Below the pieces are notes generated by a model. It saw only the letters and a program-made list of their open reading frames with translations. It was not told the origin of the DNA and did no database searches. Positions 41,148 to 51,995 of a stretch of 64,000 nt of DNA are shown here, one piece after another. Every line of letters begins with the position of its first letter. Positions within the stretch are counted from its first letter, which is position 1. This DNA is from an uncultured Chthonomonadaceae bacterium. GTDB taxonomy: Bacteria > Armatimonadota > Chthonomonadetes > Chthonomonadales > Chthonomonadaceae. Location of the stretch: assembly GCA_963835065.1 (NCBI GenBank), contig CAWIEK010000002.1, positions 128,001 to 192,000 on the forward strand. The letters are read 5' to 3'. A program made the position numbers and the translations under genes.

Positions 41148-41387
41148 TCACCGGGCAGTCTCCAGGTTTAGATATTCCTTCATCGCCTGATTGAGTTTTT
41201 TGCGATCATCCGGGTCGGCCATTTGCAAGCCGTAGTGGTTGATGTATAGAACGGCTTGATTTGCCCATTCATTATAGCACGTCGGGCAGACTTTGCTTTG
41301 TATGTTCTGTCCCAACTGCCCGCCGACGGGCGGCTCCGGCATCGCTTCGGCTTCCGCGCCGCACTTAACGCACGTAATTGTCGCCAC
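41148..41387 (-). CDS. Fe(II)-trafficking/oxidative damage protection protein, YggX-like
   Basis: TCVKCG..PP..G.LG..I...VC..C..EW..Q...IN.Y.L. Confidence 0.8.
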   Translation of the reverse strand: MATITCVKCGAEAEAMPEPPVGGQLGQNIQSKVCPTCYNEWANQAVLYINHYGLQMADPDDRKKLNQAMKEYLNLETAR

Positions 41388-41638
41388 GTTTCCTGCTCCT
41401 TTTCTGATGCAAACGTTTACAAGCGTTCTTATCAATCCTCAATTCGTTCTGAAACTCCATACGTTCGGGCAAACCGCTTCGTTTGCCGCCACGCTTTCCG
41501 CGCAATGGATACAGGATTTTACCCGGCGGAAGGAGAAGATAAGAGATAAGAGGAACAAGCGCCCAACGCTTGTAACCTTAAAACCATAGAACCCTAAAAC
41601 CATAGAACCCTAAAACCCTGAACTCAAGGAGAATTCGC

Positions 41639-42766
41639 GTGAAAAACCCACGTTATACACAATTAGCCTCCCTGCTGGTGCAGCACTCCATCAAGGTCAA
41701 GCCCGGCGACAAAGTATTCATCGAAACCTTCGACATTCCCACTGATTTTGTGGTGGAATTGATACGGACGGTGGACGCGGCGGGCGGACTGCCGCTTATC
41801 AGTACCAATGAAATGGCGGTACGACGCGCATTGTATTCGGTGGCGACGGAAGCGCAAATGCGGACTATCGGCGCGGTGGAGCGGCTGCGCATGGAGTCGG
41901 TTCAGTGCTACATCGGCGTCAGGGGCAGCCACAACATCAACGAAATGGGCGACGTGCCCAAAGACCGCATGAGCCTGTACGAAGAACACTGGTGGAAGTA
42001 TGTGCATGGCGAGGTGCGCGTTCCCAAAACGCGGTGGGTCGTGCTGCGCTGGCCCAATCCGAGCATGGCGCAGGCCGCCAATCTGCCGACGGAAGCGTTC
42101 GAGGACTTTTATTTTCAGGTGTGCGCGGGCGTGGATTATGGCCGTATGGCCGAAGCCATGAAGCCGCTGCACGAATTGATGGACAAAACCAATCGCGTTC
42201 ACATTCTGGGCGCGGGAACCGACCTGACTTTCAGCAAAAAGGGCATTGCAACCGTTCCCTGCGCAGGCGAAGCGAATGTGCCGGACGGGGAAATTTTCAC
42301 CTGCCCCATCCGCAACTCGGTGAACGGCGTGATTCAGTTCAACTGCGAAACCCTGTACCGGGGTACGACGTTCAACAACATCCGGCTGGTGTTCAAGGAC
42401 GGCAAGGTTGTGGAGGCAAGCGCGGAAAGCGATGGCGACAAACTGAACGAGATTCTGGATGCGGACGAGGGCGCGCGCTATATCGGGGAATGGTCGCTGG
42501 CCTTCAACCCCTACATTCTAAAACCGATGAAAGACATACTCTTCGATGAAAAGATCGCGGGCAGTTTCCACCTGACGCCGGGACAAGCCTACGAGGAAGC
42601 CGACAACGGCAACCGTTCGCAGGTGCATTGGGACATGGTGTGCATCCAGCGTCCCGAATACGGCGGCGGTGAAATCTATTTCGACGACGTTCTCATCCGC
42701 AAGGATGGCCTGTTCACCCTGCCCCAACTGCAAGCCCTCAACCCGGACGCGCTCAAACAAAAGTGA
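41639..42766 (+). CDS. Aminopeptidase, peptidase M29 family
   Basis: NVPDGEIF, GARYIGE, LFDEKIAGSFHLTPG, SQVHWDMV. Confidence 0.93.
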   Translation: MKNPRYTQLASLLVQHSIKVKPGDKVFIETFDIPTDFVVELIRTVDAAGGLPLISTNEMAVRRALYSVATEAQMRTIGAVERLRMESVQCYIGVRGSHNINEMGDVPKDRMSLYEEHWWKYVHGEVRVPKTRWVVLRWPNPSMAQAANLPTEAFEDFYFQVCAGVDYGRMAEAMKPLHELMDKTNRVHILGAGTDLTFSKKGIATVPCAGEANVPDGEIFTCPIRNSVNGVIQFNCETLYRGTTFNNIRLVFKDGKVVEASAESDGDKLNEILDADEGARYIGEWSLAFNPYILKPMKDILFDEKIAGSFHLTPGQAYEEADNGNRSQVHWDMVCIQRPEYGGGEIYFDDVLIRKDGLFTLPQLQALNPDALKQK

Positions 42767-42894
42767 GCAGCAACGACCATGTTGAAGAGTTTGCGCGAAC
42801 GCATGAACGGCTTTGTTGAATCCGGCGTTGTGCAGCAGCGCCGGAGTTGATTTTGAACTGGAACTTATGTTGTGTGGTGAAATGAGGCATTTCC

Positions 42895-43257
42895 ATGAAA
42901 CAAGTTAAACTCAGTCAAGTCGTTTGCCTTTTCCTGTTCATCGTGGCATTTTTCTGGGTGGTTATGACATTGAGAACACTTGGCGCGTTGCTGCTCGTTC
43001 CTGTATTCGCCGCTTACTTCTATGGAAAGCGCACAGGGTTTTGGAGAGGTTTCTGCATTACCTACATCCTGTTCCTGATTTGTTCTGTGCTGCCGTTCGA
43101 CCTGAGTTTCAAGATAATACCCGGCAAGCCGCGCTTTGTGCCGTTGCTGATGGGACTTCCCACAAAATATGCGTCCGACAAAGCCAGACAGGGTGAAGCG
43201 GTCTTGGGAGGCTGCGGCACAACGGGCTTTGAGCCTAAATGGGTTTGGGTGTGGTGA
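42895..43257 (+). CDS. Hypothetical membrane protein
   Basis: Three hydrophobic segments; ends GGC..GFEPKWVWVW. Confidence 0.55.
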   Translation: MKQVKLSQVVCLFLFIVAFFWVVMTLRTLGALLLVPVFAAYFYGKRTGFWRGFCITYILFLICSVLPFDLSFKIIPGKPRFVPLLMGLPTKYASDKARQGEAVLGGCGTTGFEPKWVWVW

Positions 43258-43288
43258 ATTACGAAATGGCTTTCTGTCTCATAATGCG

Positions 43289-43993
43289 TCAAGTCTGAAG
43301 GAGCGATTTCGCTTCGGCAATAAGTTGTTTTATCTTTTCATTTGCCTGCGTGGATTGTGGGGCGCGAATATGCAGTTCCACGCCCGGCGCAAGTATCACG
43401 CGCTGCCATGTTTCGATTACCAATTGCGCTTCTTCTGTTCCCTGTTCCCTGTTCCCTAATTCCTGTCCTCCTATCTCCTTTTCTCCTTTTCTCCTTTTCT
43501 CCTTTTCTTCCTCTTCTGGATGCGGGTGGGGGAAGAGGGCGCGGCGGGATAGTTGTGTGGGTTGGGACGGCTCGAAAGAGGTAACAGTATCGGCGCTTGG
43601 GCGGGCAGTCAGCGCGTCCAGCAGGTATTGGTACGATTCGGCTTGCTCTTCAAGGGTGGCTCCGGCGCTGTCCGGCGGAACCTCGGTCAGCGCGTCGCCA
43701 GCTTCAGGATGAGCATGGCCGATGGGCCATTCACTGCGCGTCAGCAAGGCTCCGACCTGCGCTTCCGTCAGGCACAGCATCCGGTCGCGCATAGCGGCAA
43801 GGGGCAGCAGCGCCTGCTTCAACTGCGCAATCAGGCGCAGGCGGTTCAGGTGGGCGGTTCCATACAGGGCGTAGCGGCCCCGGGACTGCGGCGCGGGCAG
43901 CAGTCCTTTGGCCGCGTAATAGCGAACCGCGCGAGGCGTGACCTGCGCGGCTTGCGCCAGTTCTTCCAGAGTATACAGCGCGTCTTTGGTCAA
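43289..43993 (-). CDS. MerR-family HTH regulator
   Basis: YTLEELA..VTPRAVRYY..GLLPAP..Y...HL.RLRLI; C-terminal W.R..LAPGVELH. Confidence 0.85.
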   Translation of the reverse strand: MTKDALYTLEELAQAAQVTPRAVRYYAAKGLLPAPQSRGRYALYGTAHLNRLRLIAQLKQALLPLAAMRDRMLCLTEAQVGALLTRSEWPIGHAHPEAGDALTEVPPDSAGATLEEQAESYQYLLDALTARPSADTVTSFEPSQPTQLSRRALFPHPHPEEEEKEKRRKGEKEIGGQELGNREQGTEEAQLVIETWQRVILAPGVELHIRAPQSTQANEKIKQLIAEAKSLLQT

Positions 43994-44150
43994 TCTGCAA
44001 CCTCATGTCTGCGACAGGCCCATGTTCAGGTGTTCAGGTGTTCAGGTATTCGGGTATTCAGGACAATGCGAGAGTACCCTGTTTTCTCGCGCGTGGCAAG
44101 GCTTGCATTAAGTTCCTGAACACCCGAATACCTGAACACCTGAACACCGA

Positions 44151-44552
44151 TCAGAGTTGTAGTATTGTACCGTCTTCTTCGGCGCGATAGTCAAATATGC
44201 GCTTCACAAACGCGACGAGTTCGCTGGGATTGAAGGGTTTGGTCAGGTAGCAGTCCGCGCCGGACTGCCAGCCTGCCGTCACGTCGGCGTCCATCGCTTT
44301 CGCCGTCAGCATAATGACGGGCAGGTCGCGGGTTGCCGCACTCTTTTTCAGCGTTCGCAGCAGTTCAAAGCCATCCACATAGGGCATCATCACGTCCGTA
44401 ACCACCATATCGGGCGTTTCTTCCGCGATCTTTGCCAGCGCTTCGCGCCCATCGAAGGCCGTGACGACGCGGTAGCCGTGCCGTTCCAGGTTGATTTGCA
44501 CTAAGCGCACAATGCTGCGCTCATCATCCACCGCCAGAATCGTTTTTTGCAT
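44151..44552 (-). CDS. Single-domain response regulator
   Basis: ILAVDD, DVMMP..DG, MLTA, YLTKPF. Confidence 0.93.
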   Translation of the reverse strand: MQKTILAVDDERSIVRLVQINLERHGYRVVTAFDGREALAKIAEETPDMVVTDVMMPYVDGFELLRTLKKSAATRDLPVIMLTAKAMDADVTAGWQSGADCYLTKPFNPSELVAFVKRIFDYRAEEDGTILQL

Positions 44553-44982
44553 TTGCTATGTTCCTTTCTAACTGTCACCTGTCTGCCATCCGCATCGGCG
44601 AACGCATACCAGTCTATAAACAGATACGTCTTCAAAGTGAAATTAAAGTGTAAAACTCACGCGCTGTAACTGCAATATAACTGTAATCATAATGACGTAG
44701 AAGTGGCGTAAAGAAGTTCGCTATGTACGGAGAAGCGCGAAAGTTTTTGTGGAGGCGGATTTGTTACGGCTAATACCCGGTCAAGGAAGAAGAGCAGGGT
44801 AGGGGCGCCGCTTGCCGCGCCCATGTTACCAATATCCACGCGCCCATGTTATCAATATCCACAGGTAACGCAAAAACGCCGAACGGAACGCATTATGCGT
44901 TTCGTCCGGCGGATGTATCTTGCGCGGTAGATTGCGCGTTCAGCCTGCGGTTTTCAAGCGGCAGGCCAAATGCGACACACTG

Positions 44983-45882
44983 TTATTGGAGGTTCCAGAA
45001 CGGCCAGGGCTGCGTCCAGGAAGGAGGCGTGCCTGTCGTCCAGGACATTACTTCCGAAGTCGGGATGGGGGCGTTGCCGTATTGCGCGGAGGACGGGCAT
45101 TTGGCGAAGAGATCGTCAACCTTGAGGTATTTGGAGTGGCCGTCGCAGTACGCCACAATAAGGCCATCCGCATGAGGCGCGTATTTGTGATTCACCACGC
45201 CACCCGGCTTCATCAATCCCTGCCAGTATTCGCGGGTCGCAAGGGGGTACGAGGTCTGCTGCGCGGCTCCGATGTTGTACGCGCCCACGCCGGGGATGTT
45301 GGTTTCCATCAGCAGCATGGCTTCCGCCGCGCTGTTCACGCCCGCCAATGTGCCGCCGGACCAGGAATTGCGGAACGCGCCGGCTTTTGTCGTGCTTGTG
45401 CCGCTTGCCGTCCAGGTGTTGAGGCTGCCTGTCAAGCCGATGTTCAGGCCGTAGCCCGCTTCGTCAATTTCCGCCGCGTAGTTCCAGGAGTCCTTATTGT
45501 AGACGCGGCTGGGGCAGAAGTTGATCTGCACGTTCTTGGTATAGGGATACGTCCAGTACCACCATTTGTAGTGATTGACGCGATCCCCGAAGTAGGGCGC
45601 AGACGTGCAGCCGACTGCTGTTGCGGGCGCTCCGGGCGGCGCAACCGTGCCGCCGTTGATGCAATCGTCGTTGCGCGGCCACGTTTCGTCGTAGTCCTGC
45701 ACGTACATCAGCAGGCCCAGGCCCAACTGCTTGCTGTTGGACAAACAGCTTGTCTGCCGCGCTTTTTCGCGCGCCTGCGCAAAAACCGGGAAGAGAATAG
45801 CGGCCAGAATAGCGATAATGGCAATCACGACGAGCAGTTCGATAAGCGTGAAACCGGAGCGGGAGGGTGTTTTCCACTGCAT
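44983..45882 (-). CDS. Prepilin-type N-methylation / H-X9-DG protein
   Basis: [14 protein letters not shown]..., [13 protein letters not shown]. Confidence 0.92.
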   Translation of the reverse strand: MQWKTPSRSGFTLIELLVVIAIIAILAAILFPVFAQAREKARQTSCLSNSKQLGLGLLMYVQDYDETWPRNDDCINGGTVAPPGAPATAVGCTSAPYFGDRVNHYKWWYWTYPYTKNVQINFCPSRVYNKDSWNYAAEIDEAGYGLNIGLTGSLNTWTASGTSTTKAGAFRNSWSGGTLAGVNSAAEAMLLMETNIPGVGAYNIGAAQQTSYPLATREYWQGLMKPGGVVNHKYAPHADGLIVAYCDGHSKYLKVDDLFAKCPSSAQYGNAPIPTSEVMSWTTGTPPSWTQPWPFWNLQ

Positions 45883-46284
45883 ACGAGTTCTCCTTGAAAA
45901 AAGAATGGACGCCATTATCCGGGGAACGGTTGTCATTGTTCCCTCCAAATCTTACCCGGTTTTTAAGCGATATGCGCCGCGCCTGATGTTAAATTTCGGT
46001 TAAGACAGCAAAAACTCGGTAAACGGGCTTGCTCTGTCCTGTGCAGGCAACATCACAGCCGTTAAATTTGCTTATTAAACCATTTGACGCTGGATTTGAC
46101 ACTAATTTGGTTCATAATAACGTAGAGGAAAGAGAAACAAACTGTTTCCACGAGTTTTGTAAGGATGGCCGTCGGCGAGGAAGCCGTCGGGCTGCGAGAA
46201 GAAAGGGCGACGCTGCTGCAAGCGCGCCGTTTCGTCTCCCATCCGCGCAATCTGAATAACAACACACGATTCGAGGAGGAATCC

Positions 46285-47628
46285 ATGACTGCCGTAACCC
46301 AATCGCCTTCGGGGGAAATTCAAATGCCTTCCGGCGATCTCAACTTTCTGCCCAACGCCCCATTTTCTCTGGACACCAAAGAAACCCTCAACCCTTTCAC
46401 CAACGCCCTGGAACAACTCGACGTTGCCGCCCGCTATTTAGAACTCCCGCCCGCCATTCATGCCATGCTGCGCCGCTCCGAACGGGAACTGACCGTGCAT
46501 TTTCCCGTCAAAATGGACGACGGCTCGATACGCATCTTTGAAGGGCATCGCGTTCAATACAATTCCAGTCGCGGCCCGTGCAAGGGCGGCATCCGCTACG
46601 CGGCGGGCGTGAATTTGGACGAGGTACGCGCTTTGGCGTGTTTGATGACGTGGAAATGCGCGGTTGTCGGCTCGGTTCCGTTCGGCGGCGCGAAGGGCGG
46701 CGTTCTGGTAGACCCCCGCGCGCTGTCAATGGGCGAATTGGAACGGCTGACCCGCCGCTTCACAGCGGAACTTTCCAGTTTCATCGGGCCGGATATTGAC
46801 ATTCCCGCGCCGGACATGGGAACCAACGCGCAAACGATGGCGTGGATGATGGACACGTATTCGATGGGCAAGGGGCGCACGGTTCCCGCAGTGGTGACGG
46901 GTAAGCCGGTCGCTATCGGCGGCTCGGAAGGCCGGGCGGACGCGACAGGCCGGGGCATCGTGTTTATCACGCGGGAAGCCATAAAAGCGTGGAAGCAGGA
47001 AGTGAAGGACATTACGATTGCCGTGCAGGGGTTCGGCAATGTCGGCGGCGTGGCGGCGCGTATTTTTCACGCGATGGGCGCGAAAGTAGTGGCCGTCAGC
47101 GATGCGCTCGGCGGCCTGTACAATCCGAACGGCCTTGACATACCCGCCCTGCTGGAATGCGCCAACCGGGACGGCAGCCTGACCCGGCACACGGGAGGCG
47201 AACCCATCAGCAGCCGCGCCCTGCTGGAACTTCCCGTTGACGTGCTGGTTCCCGCCGCAACGGAAAACCAGATCACTGCGGAAAACGCCGCCCGTATCCG
47301 CGCCCGAATGATCGTGGAAGGCGCGAACGGCCCGACAACCCCCGCCGCCGACCGTATTCTGGAACAAAACGGCGTGACCGTGATTCCCGATATTCTGGCG
47401 AACGCGGGCGGAGTGATCGTGTCGTACTTCGAGTGGGTGCAGGACTTGCAGTTCTTCTTTTGGAGCGAGGAGCAGGTCAACAACAAGCTGGAAGACATCA
47501 TGGTTCATTCGTACCGCGATGTGCTGACAATGGCCCAAACCAAGCAGGTCAACATGCGCCTCGCCGCCTATCTCATCGGCGTAAAGCGCGTCGCCGAAGC
47601 CACGCAGTTGCGAGGTATCTACCCGTAA
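46285..47628 (+). CDS. gdhA: Glu/Leu/Phe/Val dehydrogenase (glutamate dehydrogenase)
   Basis: GPCKGGIRY, PFGGAKGG, DIPAPD, QGFGNVG, EGANGP, PDILANAGGV..SYFEW. Confidence 0.92.
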   Translation: MTAVTQSPSGEIQMPSGDLNFLPNAPFSLDTKETLNPFTNALEQLDVAARYLELPPAIHAMLRRSERELTVHFPVKMDDGSIRIFEGHRVQYNSSRGPCKGGIRYAAGVNLDEVRALACLMTWKCAVVGSVPFGGAKGGVLVDPRALSMGELERLTRRFTAELSSFIGPDIDIPAPDMGTNAQTMAWMMDTYSMGKGRTVPAVVTGKPVAIGGSEGRADATGRGIVFITREAIKAWKQEVKDITIAVQGFGNVGGVAARIFHAMGAKVVAVSDALGGLYNPNGLDIPALLECANRDGSLTRHTGGEPISSRALLELPVDVLVPAATENQITAENAARIRARMIVEGANGPTTPAADRILEQNGVTVIPDILANAGGVIVSYFEWVQDLQFFFWSEEQVNNKLEDIMVHSYRDVLTMAQTKQVNMRLAAYLIGVKRVAEATQLRGIYP

Positions 47629-47665
47629 ATAGGGGGTTGGTATTGGGCAGCAGGTGTCAGGCAGC

Positions 47666-47706
47666 AGGACACGCGGAACAAGGCTCTTGTTTCGCGCGTC
47701 CTTTTT
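47666..47706 (+). terminator. Intrinsic terminator after gdhA
   Basis: AGGACACGCGGAACAAG / CTTGTTTCGCGCGTCCT stem followed by a T-run. Confidence 0.65.
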
Positions 47707-47778
47707 GCATCTTGCGGAATGTAAATGCGGCGACCATTAAAATGCGCGGGAAGCCGTGAAGTGAGAGGAGAATCTGGC

Positions 47779-48042
47779 ATGAGTACCAAAACCGATCAGG
47801 ATGTGAAACAACGCAGCGATACGAACCCGGAGCGGGGCGAACATGAGTACGGCGATGTGGAGTTCGCGGACGCCACTAACAACAAGTATCCCATTGACAC
47901 GCCCGAACATATCCGCGCCGCCTGGAGCTACATCCATCATAAGGACAACGCGGCCAAATACGGCGCGGCGGATGTGGACAAGATCAAGCATCGCATCGAG
48001 CAGGCTGCTAAAAAGCATGGCATCGAGCTTCACGCCGAATAA
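47779..48042 (+). CDS. DUF6582-like small protein
   Basis: FAD..N.KYPIDTPEHIRAAWSYI. Confidence 0.7.
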   Translation: MSTKTDQDVKQRSDTNPERGEHEYGDVEFADATNNKYPIDTPEHIRAAWSYIHHKDNAAKYGAADVDKIKHRIEQAAKKHGIELHAE

Positions 48043-48047
48043 ACATT

Positions 48048-49364
48048 TCAGGACGTTTCAGCTGCGCCGTCGCGGTTGCGCATCAGGACGACGGGCAGGA
48101 AGGGAACGACGAACAGCACCAGCACGGTGGTTCCAGCGTTCAGCCACACGAGGTTGAGAAACGTGAAACGGAAGCGGCCATACAGCCATGAGCCGGTCCA
48201 GTCGGAAAGCGCGTTGGTGAAGTTCCAAACACTCATCATTACGGCGTAGCCCAGGGCTTCGCTGCCACGCGGCGTAGCGCGGGCGGCAAGGTCGTAAATG
48301 GGCAGCATCGCCAGCGTTCCCGTGAAGCCGCTCAGGGCCGTAATGAGGTAGGCAGATGTGGAGTCATGGTAACCCAGGTAGAAAAGGGTTCCAATCGCGT
48401 GAATGATGATGCTGCCGCCAAGCAGGGCGCGCAGGGGCAAATGCCGGCACGCCGCATAATAAAAAACGGCTCCCAACAGGCCGAAACCGGCGGCAACGCA
48501 CCCTAAATTGCCGACAAACGTTTTGGAAAAGTGCAGCGCGTTGGTCTGGTGAAACAGCAGGGGCGTTCCGAAACCGGGCGATGCGGCTACCAGGCAAATC
48601 ATGCCTGCTGCGCTGAGAAGGGTTTTATTCTGGTACAACAGGCATAATTGCTGCCAGGCATTGCGCCAGACCTGTTTGTTGATGCGCCGCTGTTCCGGGG
48701 GCAGGGGCGTTTCCTTTAGATGGAATATGTACATCGGAACCAGAACCAGATGCAGCAGGGACGCCAAACTTGTTGTCAGCACAAACGGATGGGAAGCCAA
48801 TCGCCCGCCAATCAAATCCCCAAATAGACTGCCGACCCGAAACATGGCGATGCGCTGCGCGGTCATGCGCCCCGCCGCCCGAAAACGCGCTCCCACTTCC
48901 ACCATTACGCCGCCAAGCGAAGTGCTGGTAAAAACAACGGTGATGTACAGCAGCGTGTAAGTCAGGAGCAGACTGGCATAGGTACGCGGCACAACGTTCA
49001 TCATCAACCAGGCCAGCCCCGTTCCCAGTAAACTCAGCAGCAGGTAAAACCGCCGCCGCGTTCCGAACAGGGGTACGCTGTCGCACAGCAGCCCCGCCAC
49101 CGGCTTGATATAATTGGAAAACTGGCCGATAGCAAAAAAACCCGACACTGCCTGCGATGTCAGGTGCAAATCGTCTTTCAGCAGGAACCGGAGCGGCAAG
49201 TTGGCAATGCCTAATCCAAGGTTCGTGCCGAGCCAGCCCAGGCTGATGATGAAAGCCAGGTTCGTCAGCGTTCTCGGCGCAAGAGAGGAAGGCGGTTCGG
49301 CCAGGCCAGAATCAGCGGGCATCGGGATTGACGTATCCGCAGCAGTGACAGGTGTGTTTTCCAT
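48048..49364 (-). CDS. MFS transporter, BT1/folate-biopterin-like
   Basis: IKPVAGLLCDSVPLFGTRRR; about 12 TM segments. Confidence 0.85.
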   Translation of the reverse strand: MENTPVTAADTSIPMPADSGLAEPPSSLAPRTLTNLAFIISLGWLGTNLGLGIANLPLRFLLKDDLHLTSQAVSGFFAIGQFSNYIKPVAGLLCDSVPLFGTRRRFYLLLSLLGTGLAWLMMNVVPRTYASLLLTYTLLYITVVFTSTSLGGVMVEVGARFRAAGRMTAQRIAMFRVGSLFGDLIGGRLASHPFVLTTSLASLLHLVLVPMYIFHLKETPLPPEQRRINKQVWRNAWQQLCLLYQNKTLLSAAGMICLVAASPGFGTPLLFHQTNALHFSKTFVGNLGCVAAGFGLLGAVFYYAACRHLPLRALLGGSIIIHAIGTLFYLGYHDSTSAYLITALSGFTGTLAMLPIYDLAARATPRGSEALGYAVMMSVWNFTNALSDWTGSWLYGRFRFTFLNLVWLNAGTTVLVLFVVPFLPVVLMRNRDGAAETS

Positions 49365-49403
49365 GCCAGCCTATACGCCATCCTTCGCCCGCTTTCCTGC
49401 TTG

Positions 49404-50495
49404 TCAGCCCATCTTCTTTTTCATCAGCATTGCCGCGCCTGCCAGCGCCAGCGCGCCGACAAGAGGGATTGGAACGGGCGCGGCCTTGTTTCCGTTCCCG
49501 CCATGAGCGCCGCTGTTATTGCCGTCGCTGTCATTGTTGCTATTGCCATTGCTGCCATTGCCGTCATGCGTGGAAGCCATCTGCTGCGCCTTTTCCTTCA
49601 TTTTCTGCCGCTCGGCGCCTTCCGCGAAGTCCAGCCCTCCAACCGGCCCATAAAGATTGTCTGCCGCTGTCGGCAGCTTGGCGCGGGCCGACTTCTGGCC
49701 TTCAAACCCGATTTTTTCCAGCATAGCGTCAAGCATCAGGGGCGCAATACGTTGCGTGAGCAGCATCATTTTGCCCGCATTGCCGACAACCATCTCCCGT
49801 ACCGGATGCGCCGCCGCGTACAAAATGGCATCCGCGACCATCGAAGGCGGATAAATCGGCGGAATACCCATAGGTTCGACGCCCAATTTCGTGCCGGCTT
49901 TGGCGAACAGGGGCGTATCTATGGAAGCGGGCATGATTTCCGTCAGGCTGATGGGCGCATGATCGTGGTTTAGTTCAATGCGCAGGGCTTGCACCAGGCC
50001 ATGCAGCGCGTGTTTGGAAGCGGCATACGCGCTGTTGTACGGCAGGGAGATTTGCGATTCTATGGACGAAATCACGATCAGGGCGCTTCCCGAACCCTGC
50101 CGCATGTACGGCAATGCGGCTTTGATACCATGCACATAGCCTATGACATTAACGGTCAATAGGCGCTCGAATTCTTCGGGCGTGGTCTGCTCGAATGGCG
50201 CGTACACGCTGACCGCCGCCGCGTGTACCCACGTATCCAGCCTCCCGAAACGCCGAACCGTTTCGCGGGCAACCGCCTGCACCTGCCCAAAGTTGACGGC
50301 GTCCGCCGCCATGCCCACGCACGTGCCGCCCACTCCGGCGATTTCCTCCACCAGTGTGCGCAGGCCATATTCGTCATTGGAGGCGACAACCACCGTCGCG
50401 CCCTTACGCGCAAAGCGCAGCGCCGTTTCGCGCCCAATCCCACTCGACGCGCCAAACACAACAACCACTTGCTGCGCTATCGGTTTTAACTTCAT
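49404..50495 (-). CDS. SDR oxidoreductase with C-terminal membrane tail
   Basis: GASSGIG, YAASK. Confidence 0.92.
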   Translation of the reverse strand: MKLKPIAQQVVVVFGASSGIGRETALRFARKGATVVVASNDEYGLRTLVEEIAGVGGTCVGMAADAVNFGQVQAVARETVRRFGRLDTWVHAAAVSVYAPFEQTTPEEFERLLTVNVIGYVHGIKAALPYMRQGSGSALIVISSIESQISLPYNSAYAASKHALHGLVQALRIELNHDHAPISLTEIMPASIDTPLFAKAGTKLGVEPMGIPPIYPPSMVADAILYAAAHPVREMVVGNAGKMMLLTQRIAPLMLDAMLEKIGFEGQKSARAKLPTAADNLYGPVGGLDFAEGAERQKMKEKAQQMASTHDGNGSNGNSNNDSDGNNSGAHGGNGNKAAPVPIPLVGALALAGAAMLMKKKMG

Positions 50496-50555
50496 CACGT
50501 GTTACTCCTCACTCTCGCTTGTTGCTCTCACTCTCCACTCTCCACTCTCACCTGG

Positions 50556-50810
50556 TTAATCGTGATCTTCGCTGCCCTGCCGTGACACTTTCGGACGGTT
50601 GCCATGCGACTCATTGTTGACGTTGGACACAGTGGCTTCCGGCGAGGGGGTTCGGCTGCGCCGTTCACTGACGGGGTTTTCCGCTTCCGGCTGCTGCAAT
50701 CCGGGATTGTCGGTTACGTTGACGCGAGGATCGTTCTGATTGCTGCCCTTGTGCGTATCGTGAGCGGCGTTGGCGTTCTGCGTCTCGGCTTGCGCGTTGT
50801 TGTCTGCCAT
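50556..50810 (-). CDS. Small hydrophilic hypothetical protein
   Basis: AAGGAAG RBS; 84 aa, predicted disordered. Confidence 0.55.
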   Translation of the reverse strand: MADNNAQAETQNANAAHDTHKGSNQNDPRVNVTDNPGLQQPEAENPVSERRSRTPSPEATVSNVNNESHGNRPKVSRQGSEDHD

Positions 50811-51120
50811 GTTCGTTCTTCCTTTTGTTCGGTATTCGGTGTTCGGTGTTCGGACAATCCGGCATGTTCATGCTCTAAAGTGAGCGTAGTTCATGCGGAC
50901 TGTTCCGCTTTAAAGGCGCGTTTCATAAGGAAAAGCGCTTACCGATAGATCGAAAACGGCATGAATTCGGGCGCAAACCAGCGGGATGAATTTATCTATT
51001 TAATTCGGCAGGGGTGCAGGCAAGCGGGGAAGCGGAAAGGAAGAAAAGGAGAAGAGAAGAAGATATTAAATAATAGGCATCAACCTGACACCTGACACCT
51101 GATACCTGACACCTCACCCG

Positions 51121-51987
51121 TCAGTCCTTCAAGCCGGTCATTGCCATGCCTTTGACGATGTGGCGCTGGAACAGCAGAAACACAATAACGACAGGAATAG
51201 TGCAAAGTACGCTTGCCGCCAGGGTGAGCGCGTACTCCGCATAGTAGGAGGTTTGGAACAGGGCGATGCCGACGGGCAGGGTGAATTTGTCTACCGAGTT
51301 GAGGAAAACCAGTGGCCCGATGAAATCGTTCCATGAGCCGATGAAGCAGAAAATACCTAATGTGGCAAGCGCGGGCTTGGAAAGCGGGAGGATGACGCGC
51401 CAGTAGATGCCGAAGCGGGTGCATCCGTCCAGCGTGGCGGCTTCTTCCAGTTCTTTGGGGATGGACAGGAAAAACTGGTGCAGCAAAAACACGCCGAACG
51501 CGCCCGCCCCGGCAGGCACAATCAGCGCGAGTGGAGTATCCAGCCAGCCTAATTGATTGAGGATCAGATACACGGGCACGAGCAAAATCTGACCGGGAAC
51601 CATCAGGGTTGCCACAATAAACGGGAACAGCCATTTCTTGCCCGGCAATTCCAAACGCGCCAGCCCATACGCGGCCAGCGAATCAACCGTCAGGACAAGC
51701 AGCGTTACGGACGTGGAAATAAACACGCTGTTGGCGAACCAGCGCGCAACGGGAATTTCTTCGGGGTTGAACAGAATATCGCGGAAATTCTGCGTGGTCG
51801 GATGTTGGGGCAGCAGGCCGCGAAAGTGAATGATTTCCGCATCCGGCTTGAATGCGGTAATCGCCATCAGCACAACCGGCAGCACGAACAGCAGGCCCCC
51901 ACACGCCACCAGCAGTTCCACCGCGATTTTGCGCGTCCGGTTCCGCCGCGCGTCCAGCAAAACCCCATTGTCGCGGAAATTGCTCAT
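51121..51987 (-). CDS. Carbohydrate ABC transporter permease (MalG-like)
   Basis: IPKELEEAATLDG EAA loop, SWNDF. Confidence 0.93.
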   Translation of the reverse strand: MSNFRDNGVLLDARRNRTRKIAVELLVACGGLLFVLPVVLMAITAFKPDAEIIHFRGLLPQHPTTQNFRDILFNPEEIPVARWFANSVFISTSVTLLVLTVDSLAAYGLARLELPGKKWLFPFIVATLMVPGQILLVPVYLILNQLGWLDTPLALIVPAGAGAFGVFLLHQFFLSIPKELEEAATLDGCTRFGIYWRVILPLSKPALATLGIFCFIGSWNDFIGPLVFLNSVDKFTLPVGIALFQTSYYAEYALTLAASVLCTIPVVIVFLLFQRHIVKGMAMTGLKD

Positions 51988-51995
51988 AATAGATA